A DNA stretch of 64,000 nucleotides. Origin: Lama glama. Taxonomy: Eukaryota. Positions 1 through 11,510 of this stretch are shown piece after piece. The notes under the pieces were generated by a model. It was not told the origin of the DNA. It saw only the letters and a program-made list of their open reading frames with translations, and did no database searches. The first letter of the stretch is position 1, and every line of letters begins with the position of its first letter. The stretch covers positions 496,001 to 560,000 of the forward strand of contig CM052831.1 in NCBI GenBank assembly GCA_028534125.1, read 5' to 3'. The position numbers and the translations under genes are program-made.

Positions 1-3000
1 GAGCACCAGAGGGAGCTGGCAGAGGAGTGACGCTGCCCAGAGGTGGGGAACGCTCTTGTCGGGAATGGAAGCGTGAATGGGGGTCTCCCTGGAGGTCGGT
101 GCTGGGAGGACCTGGCAGGGTGGACGAGGCCGGGGGCACGGAAGACGGCAAGTCTTGATGTGCAGAGCCTGCCGGGGGCTCCACGGGCATCCTTCCGGGA
201 GGGCAGTGGCTCAGGAGAGCCCTGGACGCTGCTCTGCAGGTGGCAGGGGCGGGGGGCTGTGAGCTGAAAGCTGAGTTGGAGGGATCGGGGACTCCTCGAG
301 CCCTGGCGCGGGGCCCAGAGGCCCTCACGGCCACCCCGATGTCACTGGGACTCCCCACTCCAGGTAGCTGGGCTCCTAGGCTTCACGTTGCCTGCATGTG
401 ACCGTGTGTTGGCTCTGGGTTTGGTCTGCACGGCCTTCGATGCGTTAGAGCCCTTGCTGGGGACAGGTGAACACGTGGGCGGCATGTGGGCCTGCTCTGG
501 GTCCTCCCCTGCCCCTCGAGGTTCCAACCCTCCTGTCTGCATCCGGCAGAGCGTAGACGCTCCTGCTGAGCCTGTCACTCTAGGGGTGCAGGGCCAGCCT
601 GTTTCCTGCCCCGGACACACCGCCCAGATGGGAGGGCCTGTTTGACGGCTCGGTTCTCGTGGCCACGGAGCAGAACCAGTGAATGTTGCTCTTCCTCGTT
701 CCCGCAGCATTTGGTAAGCAGGGCGGGGTCCAAGTTCCTGGTTCTCGCATGACCCCTGTTGCCCCCGCTGGCCAGGCCTTCCGCCTGCTCTGGGTCCTCT
801 GCATGGTCTGCAAGCTCCCGGTGGGTGGCGTCCCCGGAGCGGCTGCCTAGTGACCCTCCACTGAGACACACGCCGCGTCCCAGCGCTCTCTCAGATCTGC
901 CCTGGGGGGGCCCCCTGCACCAGGCCCGGCAGCAGCTCCGGGGACACGTCGGGTGCAGCGGCTGAAAATCCTCCCTTGGTGGGGCCCCGTCTTCCAGGAC
1001 ACGCCCTCTCCTCCGTCTTCCGTCGCTCTTCCAGAGGCCTTCCTTGTGGACATGCGTTTGGGTATTAAGTTCTTAACGTCTGTTATTTGCCCTGTGCTGG
1101 GCCCTGCTCTGAGCAGTTCATGTGCGCTGTCTTGGGGCGTCTGTGGCGACCCCCACAGCACTGTCCCAGGGAAGCTGGGATGCCGACCCCCACAGGGTCA
1201 GGACTCTGCTCGCACCCTGGCCCACACCCATCCCCGCTGCCCGACGTCCCCTCAACCTAGAACGCTCTTAGACCCTAGCCTCGTCTGTCCTGCCAGACAC
1301 ATGCCTGGTGGACAGACCCCGTGGGTCCCTGTGAGCACACGGCTGGCAGCTAATGAATGAAGGTGGCTCCCTCCAGGCCATCAGACTGAGCTCTGCATCC
1401 TGGCCCTCCCCAACCCCCTCACCCACCCCTACCCCGTGTGCTGCCCAGGGCTCATCCTGGCTGCAGAGGGGGTGGGGGCAGCCTGACACTTCCCCTCCTC
1501 CTCCTTCCCAGCCTCCTCCGCCTGCCCCTACCCCTCACCCCGCACTCTCTTTTGATCTCGAGAAGCCAGGCCCTTGGAGAAATCAGACAGTATGAAATAT
1601 GAAAAGTGCTTGGGAAGTAATTGAAGAAACACTGTGACTTTTGAAACCCGTGGAGATAACACTCGCACCTTCTTGCTCACGTTATTTAATTTTTAATGGC
1701 AGATTTAATTAATGGAGATCAGGTCTTCTGGTTTCAGCCGTTCAGCCGGAGCAGCTGGAGGAGGAGGAGGGGCAGCTGCTCACGGGGTGGAGGGAAGGGC
1801 TCAAAATTGGGGTCTGAAGTGTAGTGGGAAGGGAAATCGCCAGGTGCCAGCTAACCCGCAGGGATTCGGTGCCTTGCCTCAGAGCAGGACCCCGGGCAGC
1901 AGGCCCTGGCAGCTCCTTCATTTGCAAGTAACAACCCCCCTTTGCCCGTGGCCAAGGTGGAGGCTTTCCGGCTGCGGGACACCCTCTCCAGCCCTCCGCA
2001 CTGCAATTGGGAGTCTGAGGCAGGTGCGTTGTCTCAGGACCCTGGCACCAGGGGGGCTCCTCGTGGGGGTGGGTGCCCCCCACGTCCTTCCAGAAGCCCC
2101 TCCCCTCAGTGGAGTCTGGGGAGGGCCCTCTCAGCAGCCCAGGAAGGCCGGGTGGACACAGGGAGCTGCTCCGCTCCCGGGCGGAGACCTGACTTCTGTG
2201 TGCAGGGGATGCTGAGGCGCCGTCCTCCTCCTGCTCAGCAGATCAGACGTGGGGCGGGAGGGGAGTTCCCATGAGTCATGCTGAGATGGTAGGGGAAGCT
2301 CAGAGGGTTGTCACAACCACTGCTTGGCCGGTGGGCACTTCCTGTGACAAGCCTAGCTGACCACACGTTCAGTCTGAGGTCACGGTCAACTCAGCCACTG
2401 ACCAAGTTCACCCGTGCATGGAGACGCAGGGTCAGAGCGTCCCGGTGCTCCCTTGAAAGCGGGCGTGGTTGCGTGGGGGGCCTGGAAGGGGCTGGGCTCT
2501 CCTCCCAGGAGGGAGGCCTGAGCCGGAGGCTGTCTGTTGCGGGGAGAGCCACATCCTAACGGTGGTCAGGCCCGCCCCCTCGGTGCCCAGTGAGCAGGGA
2601 GACAGGGCTCGGGGAGGAAATGACCCAGTGAACTCAGACGTGGGTGTGTGGGTACCACCTGGGCCCAGGGTGGAGCCTGTCGCGAGGTCAGGAGGGCGTC
2701 TGCCTGCACGGGGCAGAGGGGCAGCGTGACCTGCGTCCTCATCCTCCCGGGGCCTGGGTATTGGTCCACTGTCCGCTGGCTGAGGCAGATTCAGGGTCCA
2801 GGGAGATGACGAGCTGGGTGTTGGTCTCGTGAAGCTCGGGTGGTGGGGCGAGGGGGAGCCCCCATTCACTCCGCACCTGTGGTCCTGGGGTGTTCGCAGT
2901 GCCCGGCGACCACTGGGGGCATTGGCTGTCTCCCCAGGTCAGAGGTAAAGAACCGTACTGGGGAGATGCAGGGTGACCTCACTCAGCAGCTGGGGCCAGA

Positions 3001-4258
3001 GGCGGGCCGCAGGGTCACTCCAGCAGGGCCCGGAGCAGAATTCCCGCCCCTCATGAGCCTGAGCTCTCGGGGCCCCGTCCACGTCTGTCCCAGCTGGCTC
3101 TTCCCGGAGGCCTGGTCCCCTCCGGGCCAGCCCCCGCCTTTGATGCCCTGCATGACTCTGGGCACCGGTCACTCTTTCTGGTCTGAGTGGTGTGTTCCTT
3201 CTGGCCAGGCTACCTGTGTGCTTGGTGGAGTGGGGAGAGCTAGGCTTGGGGGTGCGGGGGTCCCTTTGCCTGCCTCACCAGCTACTCTTGGGGACCAGCT
3301 GTCCACGCCCCAGGGAGCACCTGGAGCCAGACGCCTGCTTTTGCCCACCTGTAAAGTGGGGACCGGCCCTCCCACACTGCTGTGGGCAGGTCTGGCCCAG
3401 GTCCTCGCAGGGTGGGCAGCCCCACGAGACGTCTCGCTGGGCAGTCCGAGGCCAGCCCTGTCTCCGGCTTCATTCTCAAGACCACGTCCTGTGAGAAGCC
3501 GGGTCTGCTGGGAAGCCTGACGGGGCTGGGGCTGGGGCCGCTGCTCTTTCTGCTGGTCTCCTCTGGAGACTGGGAGGGCTAGGGGCTGGGCCCAGGTGGC
3601 CTTGGGGCGCAAAGAGGTGGTGGGACTGACCAGAGGGACGCCTCTCTCTCATGCTGCCCCCTCCACACTGCCCGGGCCCTGGGCACTTCCACTGGGTGGC
3701 CTCGGAAGGAAGGACATGTGTGCCTCTGGGATGGCCCAGCAGTGCTGCTGAGTGCGTGGTCCCAGCTGGAGCCAGACGCCTGGGCTGCAGTCCTGGCACC
3801 GCCGCCTGCTGTGTGACTTGGACGAATGGCTGCACGTCTCTGGGCAGCAGTCCACCTGCCGTAGGGGCTGGACAAGGAGGAGGCTCAGCAGACTTCTTTA
3901 AAGGTAGTAAATGCCTTAGGCCACACGGGCAGCACAGCCTGTCCACGCTGTGGTGCACAGGAACAGCCACAGATGGTGCATTCACGGGTCGTGGCCGTGG
4001 CTGTATGCTAGTAAAGCTTTATCTACAAGACGGGGTGGGTGGGACCCCTGAGTGCAGGGCCTGCGTGTCCTTCCAGCCGTGGCTTCTGAGGATTCTGCAG
4101 CCATGGTGGGTCCCCGAGGAGCTGGGCCCTCACTGTGGACCAGTTGCCCTCTGTGTGGTGCTGCCCGGGGGCTGGGCCTCTGTGGGTTCAGCGGGGCTGC
4201 ACCCGGAAGGGAGGGAGGGAGGTTCAGCCTGGTAACTGGTTCTGTTTTCTCTTCGTAG

Positions 4259-4329
4259 AACGTCGAGACGTACAGGCTGTCTTCACAGCAGTTCCACGAG
4301 GCAGCTTCGAAAATGGAAGGCGCCATCAA
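4259..4329 (+). CDS. CHCHD6: CHCHD6 (MIC25) internal coding exon (human exon 6 equivalent), NVETYRLSSQQFHEAASKMEGAI-K
   Basis: Acceptor ttttctcttcgtag|AAC and donor AA|gtaaga; 71 nt. The translation closely matches MIC25 as recalled (NAEMYKLSSEQFHEAASKMESTIK). Its phase-2 end (AA) joins the G that starts the 20072 exon to give Lys. Confidence 0.92.
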
Positions 4330-6164
4330 GTAAGAGCAGCTTCCTTGTGAGCTTAGCCCGTGTGTGTGAAACTCCCCCACGCGCTTCAAACCTGTCACCT
4401 CGAGCCTGGCGTTACTCCCTAGTAACACAGACGCCGTCTGTTCGCCCAGGGTCTGAGGCCGCCCTGTGCTGGCTGTGACTGGCCGGTGAGCAGACCTGCC
4501 CTCTGCCTGGGGGGCGGGGTCTTGGGGCTTGAGGTCAGCTGAGCCGTTCAGGCCTGTGTCCTGCGAGCTGGGCCGGGTGCTGCACTCGGGGCCCCAGGGA
4601 GGCAGGAAGTGTTGCTGTGCACCCCCCACCCTTGGAGGGGCTTCCAGAGTGGCCTGTCCCCTGTGGGCTCCTCTGCGTGCCTGGGCCTGAGCCCCGCAGT
4701 CTGCACAGATGCCCAGGTGGCCCCAAGGAGTACCCTGTCGTCTGCGTGCTCCCGTGCTGGAGGGGAGGCCTCGGAGCCAGAACGGCGGAAATGAGGGTGC
4801 AGGCCTTGGGAAGGTCTGCGGGGTCCCTCTTGTGCGGTTGTCTCCTGGGACCCGTAGACCTCCGGAGATACCCTGGGTCTCCACAGCTCCCTGTCCCCCC
4901 AGGGCTGAATTGGGGTGAGTCCCCAGAATCCAGTCACCGTGCAGAGTGGGGCAGGGGAGGGCCCGCCACCTTGAGGGGACACTCACAGAGGTTCGGGGGC
5001 TTTGGCTGCTGAGGAAAGCCATGTGGGGAGCAGGGGGGCACATCTAGTCATACCTGGCATGGCAGGGACCTCCTGGGGACATACACGGACGCTGGTGCAG
5101 CCGACTGAAGGGTGGGTGTAGGGAGGAGAGCCCCTCCTGCGGCTTAGGGCCTGGGGTGGGGCAGACACTCGGAGGAGGGCTTTCCAGCGAGCGGCAGAGA
5201 TGCCTGTGGGACCCTCGGAGCCCAGAAGCGAGTGGGCACGGGGGCTGCGTGGACCCTGAGCGCCGATCGTTCCAGCTGCAGGTCCCCTGCAGACAAGGTC
5301 CTGCCCAGCTCATCGGGGCTGAGAAACACTCAGAATTGCAGTGAGTGGGAGAGGCTGGGTGACAGCCCCCGGGAACATGACCCGGAGAGGCGAGGGGGAC
5401 CGCGTGGGAGGCGAGGGGAAGGTTCCACATGCTACAGCCGCCTGGACGACTGCTGCCCCGACCAGTGTCGCTGGGCGGTCGGGGCCCAGGGCACTTCCAC
5501 TCTGCCCCTCGTTTACTGCCGGTGGTCCCGTGTCACAGACTGAGAACGGAGGCCGGAGAGGCTGGCTAGCTCCCTCGGCTGTCCAGGCTCACACCTGGCA
5601 CCTGCAGGCCATTCCTCAGACGCCGCTCTGCACGTGAGGGGGCGGCAGATCAGGTCGGAGGTAAGGGCCTGCAGACCTGGATTGGACCTCAGCCCTGCCT
5701 CTCGCTGGTTCTGCGCCTTGAGCAAGTCACACAGCCTCTGGGCTTCTCTCGTCTGCCCTTGAGATGCACGTGGAGGGTGGACCTAGGACGTCAGCAGCTG
5801 CTGCCGGGGCTCAGCATTCATTTACTTTGTCATCACCTTCATCACCTGCTGGCAGGACGACGAACAGACTTAGTACATAAATTGAGTTTACTGAGAAAAC
5901 ATGTCTTTTCCCAGACAGAGCAAACAAGAGGCAGAGTTAGAAGCTGTCTTACTTAAGCCCTAGGGTGGGGTGGAGTCTTTCTTAGGGAGAGTTCTTGGGT
6001 TTGCAAATAACGGCCAATTGCATCGTAAATACCTCCGTGGAAGTAAACGCAGCTGCCGGCAGTGGTCACGCTGGGGAGTTTTCTTCTGAGACTGGGCGTC
6101 TTTTAGCAACTCAGAGTCAGCAGAGCAGTTTCTTAGGTGGTTGACCAGATGCCCTTGCGTTTCT

Positions 6165-6640
6165 CCTGCGTCCACCAGGCACTGTGCCTGGCACTGGAGA
6201 TAGGACGACAGGACAGCTTCCCGTCCTGCCAGCAAGGAGCTTACGGCATTTGGGGATAACAGACCACATCTTAAAATTAATTGCACCAAAAGCAGTTGCC
6301 CAGTGACTGATGGACAGTGGCGGTAGTGAGCCGTGAAAGACAGACCTCCTGAGAGAAGGCGCCCTGACCCAGACCTGTGTCCAGAGGCTCCTCTTAAATT
6401 GACTCCACAGAGGAGTCGGCCCGGAGGGGAGAGAGAGAGAGAGAGAGAGCATGTCAAAGGAAGGTCAGCAGGTGCAAAGGCCCTGGGGCAGGGAGTAACT
6501 GGCATATTCAAGGGATTGGAAGCCTGCAGGGCTGGAGAGGAGGGCATGAGAAGTCGCAGGAGCCAGACTGCGAGGACTGTCGCACACAGAGATTCTGCTT
6601 GTGAGCCAAAAGCAGTGAGATGCCATTTCAGCTGCGTTCT
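6165..6640. mobile_element. Degenerate L2 LINE fragments
   Basis: Contains ccaggcactgtgcctggcactggagat...aaggagcttac and aggtgcaaaggccctggggcagg, both typical of L2 3' regions. Recognised by eye only. Confidence 0.55.
6429..6449. repeat. (GA)n microsatellite
   Basis: About 10 perfect GA units. Confidence 0.9.
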
Positions 6641-6649
6641 TTCCTGACA

Positions 6650-8460
6650 CATGCATTTAAGGTAGTGATTTCGCTATAAACACAGCTTTTGTTACGCCCT
6701 GCAAGTTTTGATCTATTGTGCTTTCATTATAATTCAGCTCGCGATCTTTCTAATTTTCATACTGATTTCTTCTTTGACTCATAGGTTATCACACAATGTA
6801 TTGCTGAATTTCCAAACATTGGTAATTTTCTGGTTGCCTCTTGAATCATTGATTTCTGGTTTAATTCTGTGACGAGAGAACTCACTCTAAATCCTGTAAA
6901 CTTTTGAGTCGTGCCGTGTGACCCAGTGGCTGGTGTGCGTACAGCTGCCGTGTGCCTGCAGCAGCGTGCCGTGTTCTGTCGGGCGCACGTCCTGTGTGTC
7001 CCCAGGTTGGGCCAGGCAGCCGTGTTCAGACCCTCTGGATCGTTGCTGATGTGCAGATCTGTGGTTCTTCCTGAGATCACTTCCTTCCATCTAAAGAACT
7101 TCTGGTGCTTCTCTTGCTGTGGTTTGCTGATTACAGGCTGTCTGGAGGTGTCTTCACTTTTGAAGACACAGCAGCCCTTTCCTTGGGCTTTTTCAAGGAG
7201 TCTCTGCACTCCACTGGACATCTGATCCCCGCAAAAGTCAGCGTCGGTGTTACTCTGATTCTTTTGTGGTTCTCTCTCTTTTTCTCTGTCTGATTTTCAG
7301 ATTTTCCCTTTGTCTTTGTTTTTTTTTTAGCAGACTCTGGAGTGTCCGGGTTGAAGTTTTCTTTCCTTTTTCCTGCTTGAGGTCTGTGCCTTGGGGTCCT
7401 TTGGTGAGTTTTAGAAATGTTTCAGCTATTCTCTCTTCAGATTAAACCCTGTTTTGCCCTCCGTGGAGCGGCAGCCCCGCATTACAGCTCACGTGTCTCT
7501 GCGCTGTCTCTTCCGCTTCCTCAGTTTCTCCAGCTCCGTGCTGTGACCTGAGCTGTGTGTACCGACCTTTCACTTTCCTGATCCTCTGCCTTAAACCTAT
7601 TCATGAATTCAGAATTTCAGTTACTGCGTTTTCTTCAGTTCTAGAAGGTCACTTCACTTCTTCTCCCCCAGTCTCAGGTGAGAGTCTGGGTTTTGCATCT
7701 AAATTCTTGAACATATTGATTGTAGTTATTCTGAAGTCATCTGCAGGTCTGTGTCTGTGGCCTGTTTCTTCCCCTTGGTCCTGTTTTGTTCTGTGCCTGG
7801 TAATTCTCGGTTGGATGCCAGACATCGCGGAGGAAGGACGGAGGCGCTGAGGGTGTCGCAGGCACTCGCCTGCCCCCTGAGGCGCTAGGCGGAGGCATCA
7901 CCTCAAGCGCTGCGGTCTGAGCTGACTTTGGCAGCAGAGCTCTGGCTGCTTCTGATGCGCCCCATCCTCAGGGTCCAGGCCCCCCTCCATGGTGAGCTCT
8001 AGGCCCCTGTTTTTGCTTCCTCAACTCTGTGGAGCTTCTGAAAACTCCAGTCTCCTTTCAGTGGCTTTTTACCAAGTTCTTAGTTTTTTATCTGGAGGCT
8101 TCTTGAGCTCAGGGATCTGGAAAATGCCTTAAAAGAGGAGGACAACCGAGTTCCTCACTACATTTTAGCTCCCTCCTCCCAGGGTCCTGGTCCCTCAAGT
8201 CCAGCTGCCTCAGCAGCTCAGGCCCCAAAGCAGTTTGTGTCCCCGTCCTGGGAGAACGTCCTGAGAGGCCCAGAAGCTCTGGAGCAGAGGCTGTCTCCCA
8301 GCACCAGGAATCGCGAGAACTCTGGGGGCAGTGGCCCCTGCATGGGCACTCACCTCCAAGTTCCCTTCTCGCCACGACCTTGGCCCTCAGGTCCTGCTTT
8401 GTCGTGTCCTCAGTAGCCTTCAAACAGACTTTTAAATCCCAACTTTTAAATTTTTTTCTC
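6650..8460 (-). mobile_element. Old L1 (L1M-type) fragment(s), antisense
   Basis: Abrupt T-rich/AT-rich block with L1-antisense phrases such as ctgatttcttctttgactcatagg and tgctgtggtttgctga. No intact ORF; boundaries approximate. Confidence 0.65.
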
Positions 8461-8689
8461 GAAGGAGAGCGTGGTTCTTCCACAAGCCACGCCCCAGTGG
8501 GGCGACGGAGGTGGAGTTTGCCAAGCAGACACCAGTTGCGTCGACGGCGTTAGACGCTGCTGGACGGGCAACTCTCCCAACCTCCCTTGGGCCACCGAGC
8601 TTTCCTGCGTGTCCTCAGGTTTCAGGAGACACCTACTGAGGGCGGTGGGAGCTGGTGACTGAGGAGGAGCCTGTGCGCGAGGCCGACAT

Positions 8690-8773
8690 CCACACGCATG
8701 CAGCCACACGCACCCACACGCACACACACACACACACGAGCACACGCAGACATGCATACGCACACACACACAC
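8690..8773. repeat. Imperfect (CA)n / CACG repeat
   Basis: cacacgcatgcagccacacgcacccacacgcacacacacacacacacgagcacacgcagacatgcatacgcacacacacacac. Confidence 0.85.
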
Positions 8774-9714
8774 CCTTCACCTCATAACAGCACAGAAAGC
8801 GAATTGCTCAGATTCCCTGAAGGGAGGGATCAAGACACCAGGGGGCATCCTGCATTTATTGTCACATCTATTTTTTTATGACGACCTCCGTCCTCTTCCC
8901 AGGGGATTCATTCCGACCTGTCTCGGCTCCTCCCCGTCAGGAAACTTGTTCAGCCCCCCAGCCCCACGGAGAACAGCCCTCAGAGAGGTTGGAACAATTG
9001 AGCTGAAGGAAGGTTATTAAGCATTTCCTGGAGCTGAGTCGTTGTCTCTGAGGACCACAATCTGAGAGGCCTGATGAGGGAGGTCAGGGCCGCTGGCTGG
9101 AGGGCCTGGCTTCAGGCGCACGAGCTTCCCCAGCCTGCACCTACCAGGGGCCTAGTGGTGAGGCTGACCACCCGTCAGGACAACGGCCGTGCGTTCGAGC
9201 CCCAGAGGAGATGGCATTCCAAACGTTCTCTAACGCAGAAAACGCTCACGTCGCCCTGAATTCAAAAGGTGCTTCACCACCCCCGTCCGTGTCTCAACTA
9301 ACCTTTCAAAAGAAGCATTTTCTATTCAGAAATTTGCCAAAGCGTGGCTTACAGTGGTGTACCTGGCTCTTTGAGAGGTCAACACGGCAAACCCATTTAA
9401 TAATTCTTTCACCAGATCGAAGTGCAGGAAGTCCATTCCTCCAAGAGAATGGGGGCCTGGCCCTCAGTACGTGTTGCTGCTGTGTGGGGCTCACAGTTTG
9501 GAGTCCTTATGGGAAGCGTGTGGCCAGCACTGAGACAAAGTCCCACGGCCTGCAGGCTCCCTTCCCCAACTGTGAAACGGGGCAGGCACGGGGCACCGTG
9601 GGATCTGAACCCAGTCAGGTAGCGTCTACACCTGCTCTTTTCTCCTGGGCTGCAATGCCCCGTCCCAAATGTTTGGGCAGGGAGTTCTCTGCCTGCCTGA
9701 CGGATGGGCTTCCG

Positions 9715-9816
9715 TGAGTGCATGTGCACACACATAGGCCTGTGTGCGTGTGTGCACGCACGTGTGTGCACGTGTCTGTGTGTGCACTGTGGTGTCTGTG
9801 TATGGTGTCTGTGTGT
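9715..9816. repeat. Imperfect (TG)n / GTGCAC repeat
   Basis: Alternating purine-pyrimidine tract. Confidence 0.8.
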
Positions 9817-11244
9817 GGTCCTTCCCAGCCACAGGCCCTCAGCAGGGCTGGCCCTACCTGTGCTGGCAGAGCTCCGCCTCCCACAGCAGGAGAGCAGCTA
9901 AGAGGCACAGGCCGTACTGTGTGGCCACTGGGTGGAGCACCCCCGGAGGTGTGGGTGACTGCGCCCTCAGCTGAGGGGGACATGCTGGGAGGAGGCTGCT
10001 TCCTGCCCCGGCAGACGCTGCGTCTGGACGTGGCGTCAGGATTCTGTGCGTCAGCCCCACAGCGGGACTCAGCTCCCAGGTGGGCGTTCAAGGGGACCAC
10101 GTGCTGTCGTGGGTGGGAGGACTCCTGGTAGTTTCCACCTGCGACTCCGCTCATTTCAGGACTCAGAATCGGCTGTGTGGTGCGTCTGCGTCTCCCGCTT
10201 TCTGTCTGGAACGCCCTCCCTCTTCTTTCCTTACAGATTATGCTCACTTTTCAGAACCCAACCCAGGCATCTTTCCTGCCTACTGTTGGTCTCCCCCAGA
10301 GGTCCGTCCACTGCCCTGAGTTCCTCGGCCTTCCCAGCGTTCGGCCCAGGACTCAGCTTTGCGCGATGCTGGTCGAGTGCACACTGGTGGGCAGGCGAGC
10401 CGATGCCCATTTGTGGCATTTGGGGTGGGATTTAAAAACACACAGCCGACTGTTCAGGCATCTCCTCAGTGCGCGGTGGGGCCGCGTGTGCGCGGCGGGG
10501 CCTTAGGTCCAGTGGGGGGTGTGCAGGTCCCAGTGGTGCCAGTCAGAGGACGAGGCTGTGCTGACATGCACTCCTCTTGCTTCTGAAGGTTTGAGGTCAT
10601 TTGTTAAGCACATAATAAACACTCAGTAAACAGTAGGTATTATTTTGTGGAAACTCACACTTTAGTGGGTTCAGAGTTAGAAAGGTTGGAGAGTGGTGGC
10701 CAGGAGAGGCCCAGTCCTCGATACCTAGAGTGATTCTGCCGCACAGCTCCCCGTCTGGGGACGTGGCCTCAAGCCCTCACATGTGCGCAGGGCAGCCACA
10801 GGCAAGGGCATTGCCACCGTGTCTCCGAGCGTGAGAGCCTCACAGGCCATGCAGGGACAGAGGCCAGCCTGATCCGTCGACTCTGGAGCAGCAGACGAAG
10901 CTGGAAGGGGACTCAGAAGACACGCAGGATGTCTCGTCTGGGAAGAGCTCGTCGTGGCTGTCTGTGCCCTGACACTGCGCTGCACCATGTCTGCTCTGTA
11001 GTTTGTGTGCACATAGGGACGGTCTGGAAGGATGGGCTCCAGGCGGGCACGGCAGCCTCCTCTGGGCAGTTCCAGGACACTCAGGATGGCTTTGACTCTG
11101 TGCGTGCATGTGCTCCTGTAGCCGGTATGACTAAAACTTGATAAGGGTAGAAAGACACTGACAGGGGAAGGACTGTCAATGGATGAGTTGGGGAGTCAGG
11201 CACTGGGTGACGGGGACAGCGACCACAAGCGGCAGGAGCTGGCC

Positions 11245-11510
11245 TGGTGCATGAGTGTGCACACGTGTGAGAGTGCATGCAAATGCATGCGAGTGTATGT
11301 TGGAAGGCATGCATACGTGAGTGTGTGCATGTACGCATGTCTGTGTGAGCACCTGTACGTGTGTGCATCTGCGTGTGCACGTGTGTACCTTTCTGTGTGC
11401 AAGTGTCGGTGTACTGCCTGCATGTGTGTGTGAGTGTACACATGAGTGCACGCATGGCTTGTGAGTCTGTATACATGTGTTTGTCTGTGTGCACACATGC
11501 GAGTGTGCAG
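11245..11510. repeat. Imperfect (TG)n / TGCATG low-complexity array
   Basis: About 265 nt of gtgt/gcat/gcac units. Confidence 0.85.

Noticed and set aside
3982-5043. 353-aa minus-strand ORF overlapping the CHCHD6 exon
   Set aside because: No recognisable domain or codon bias. The true coding signal is the 71-nt + strand exon.
6757-7221. ORF in the L1-like region as an active retrotransposon gene
   Set aside because: Short and degenerate, with no intact endonuclease or reverse transcriptase motifs.
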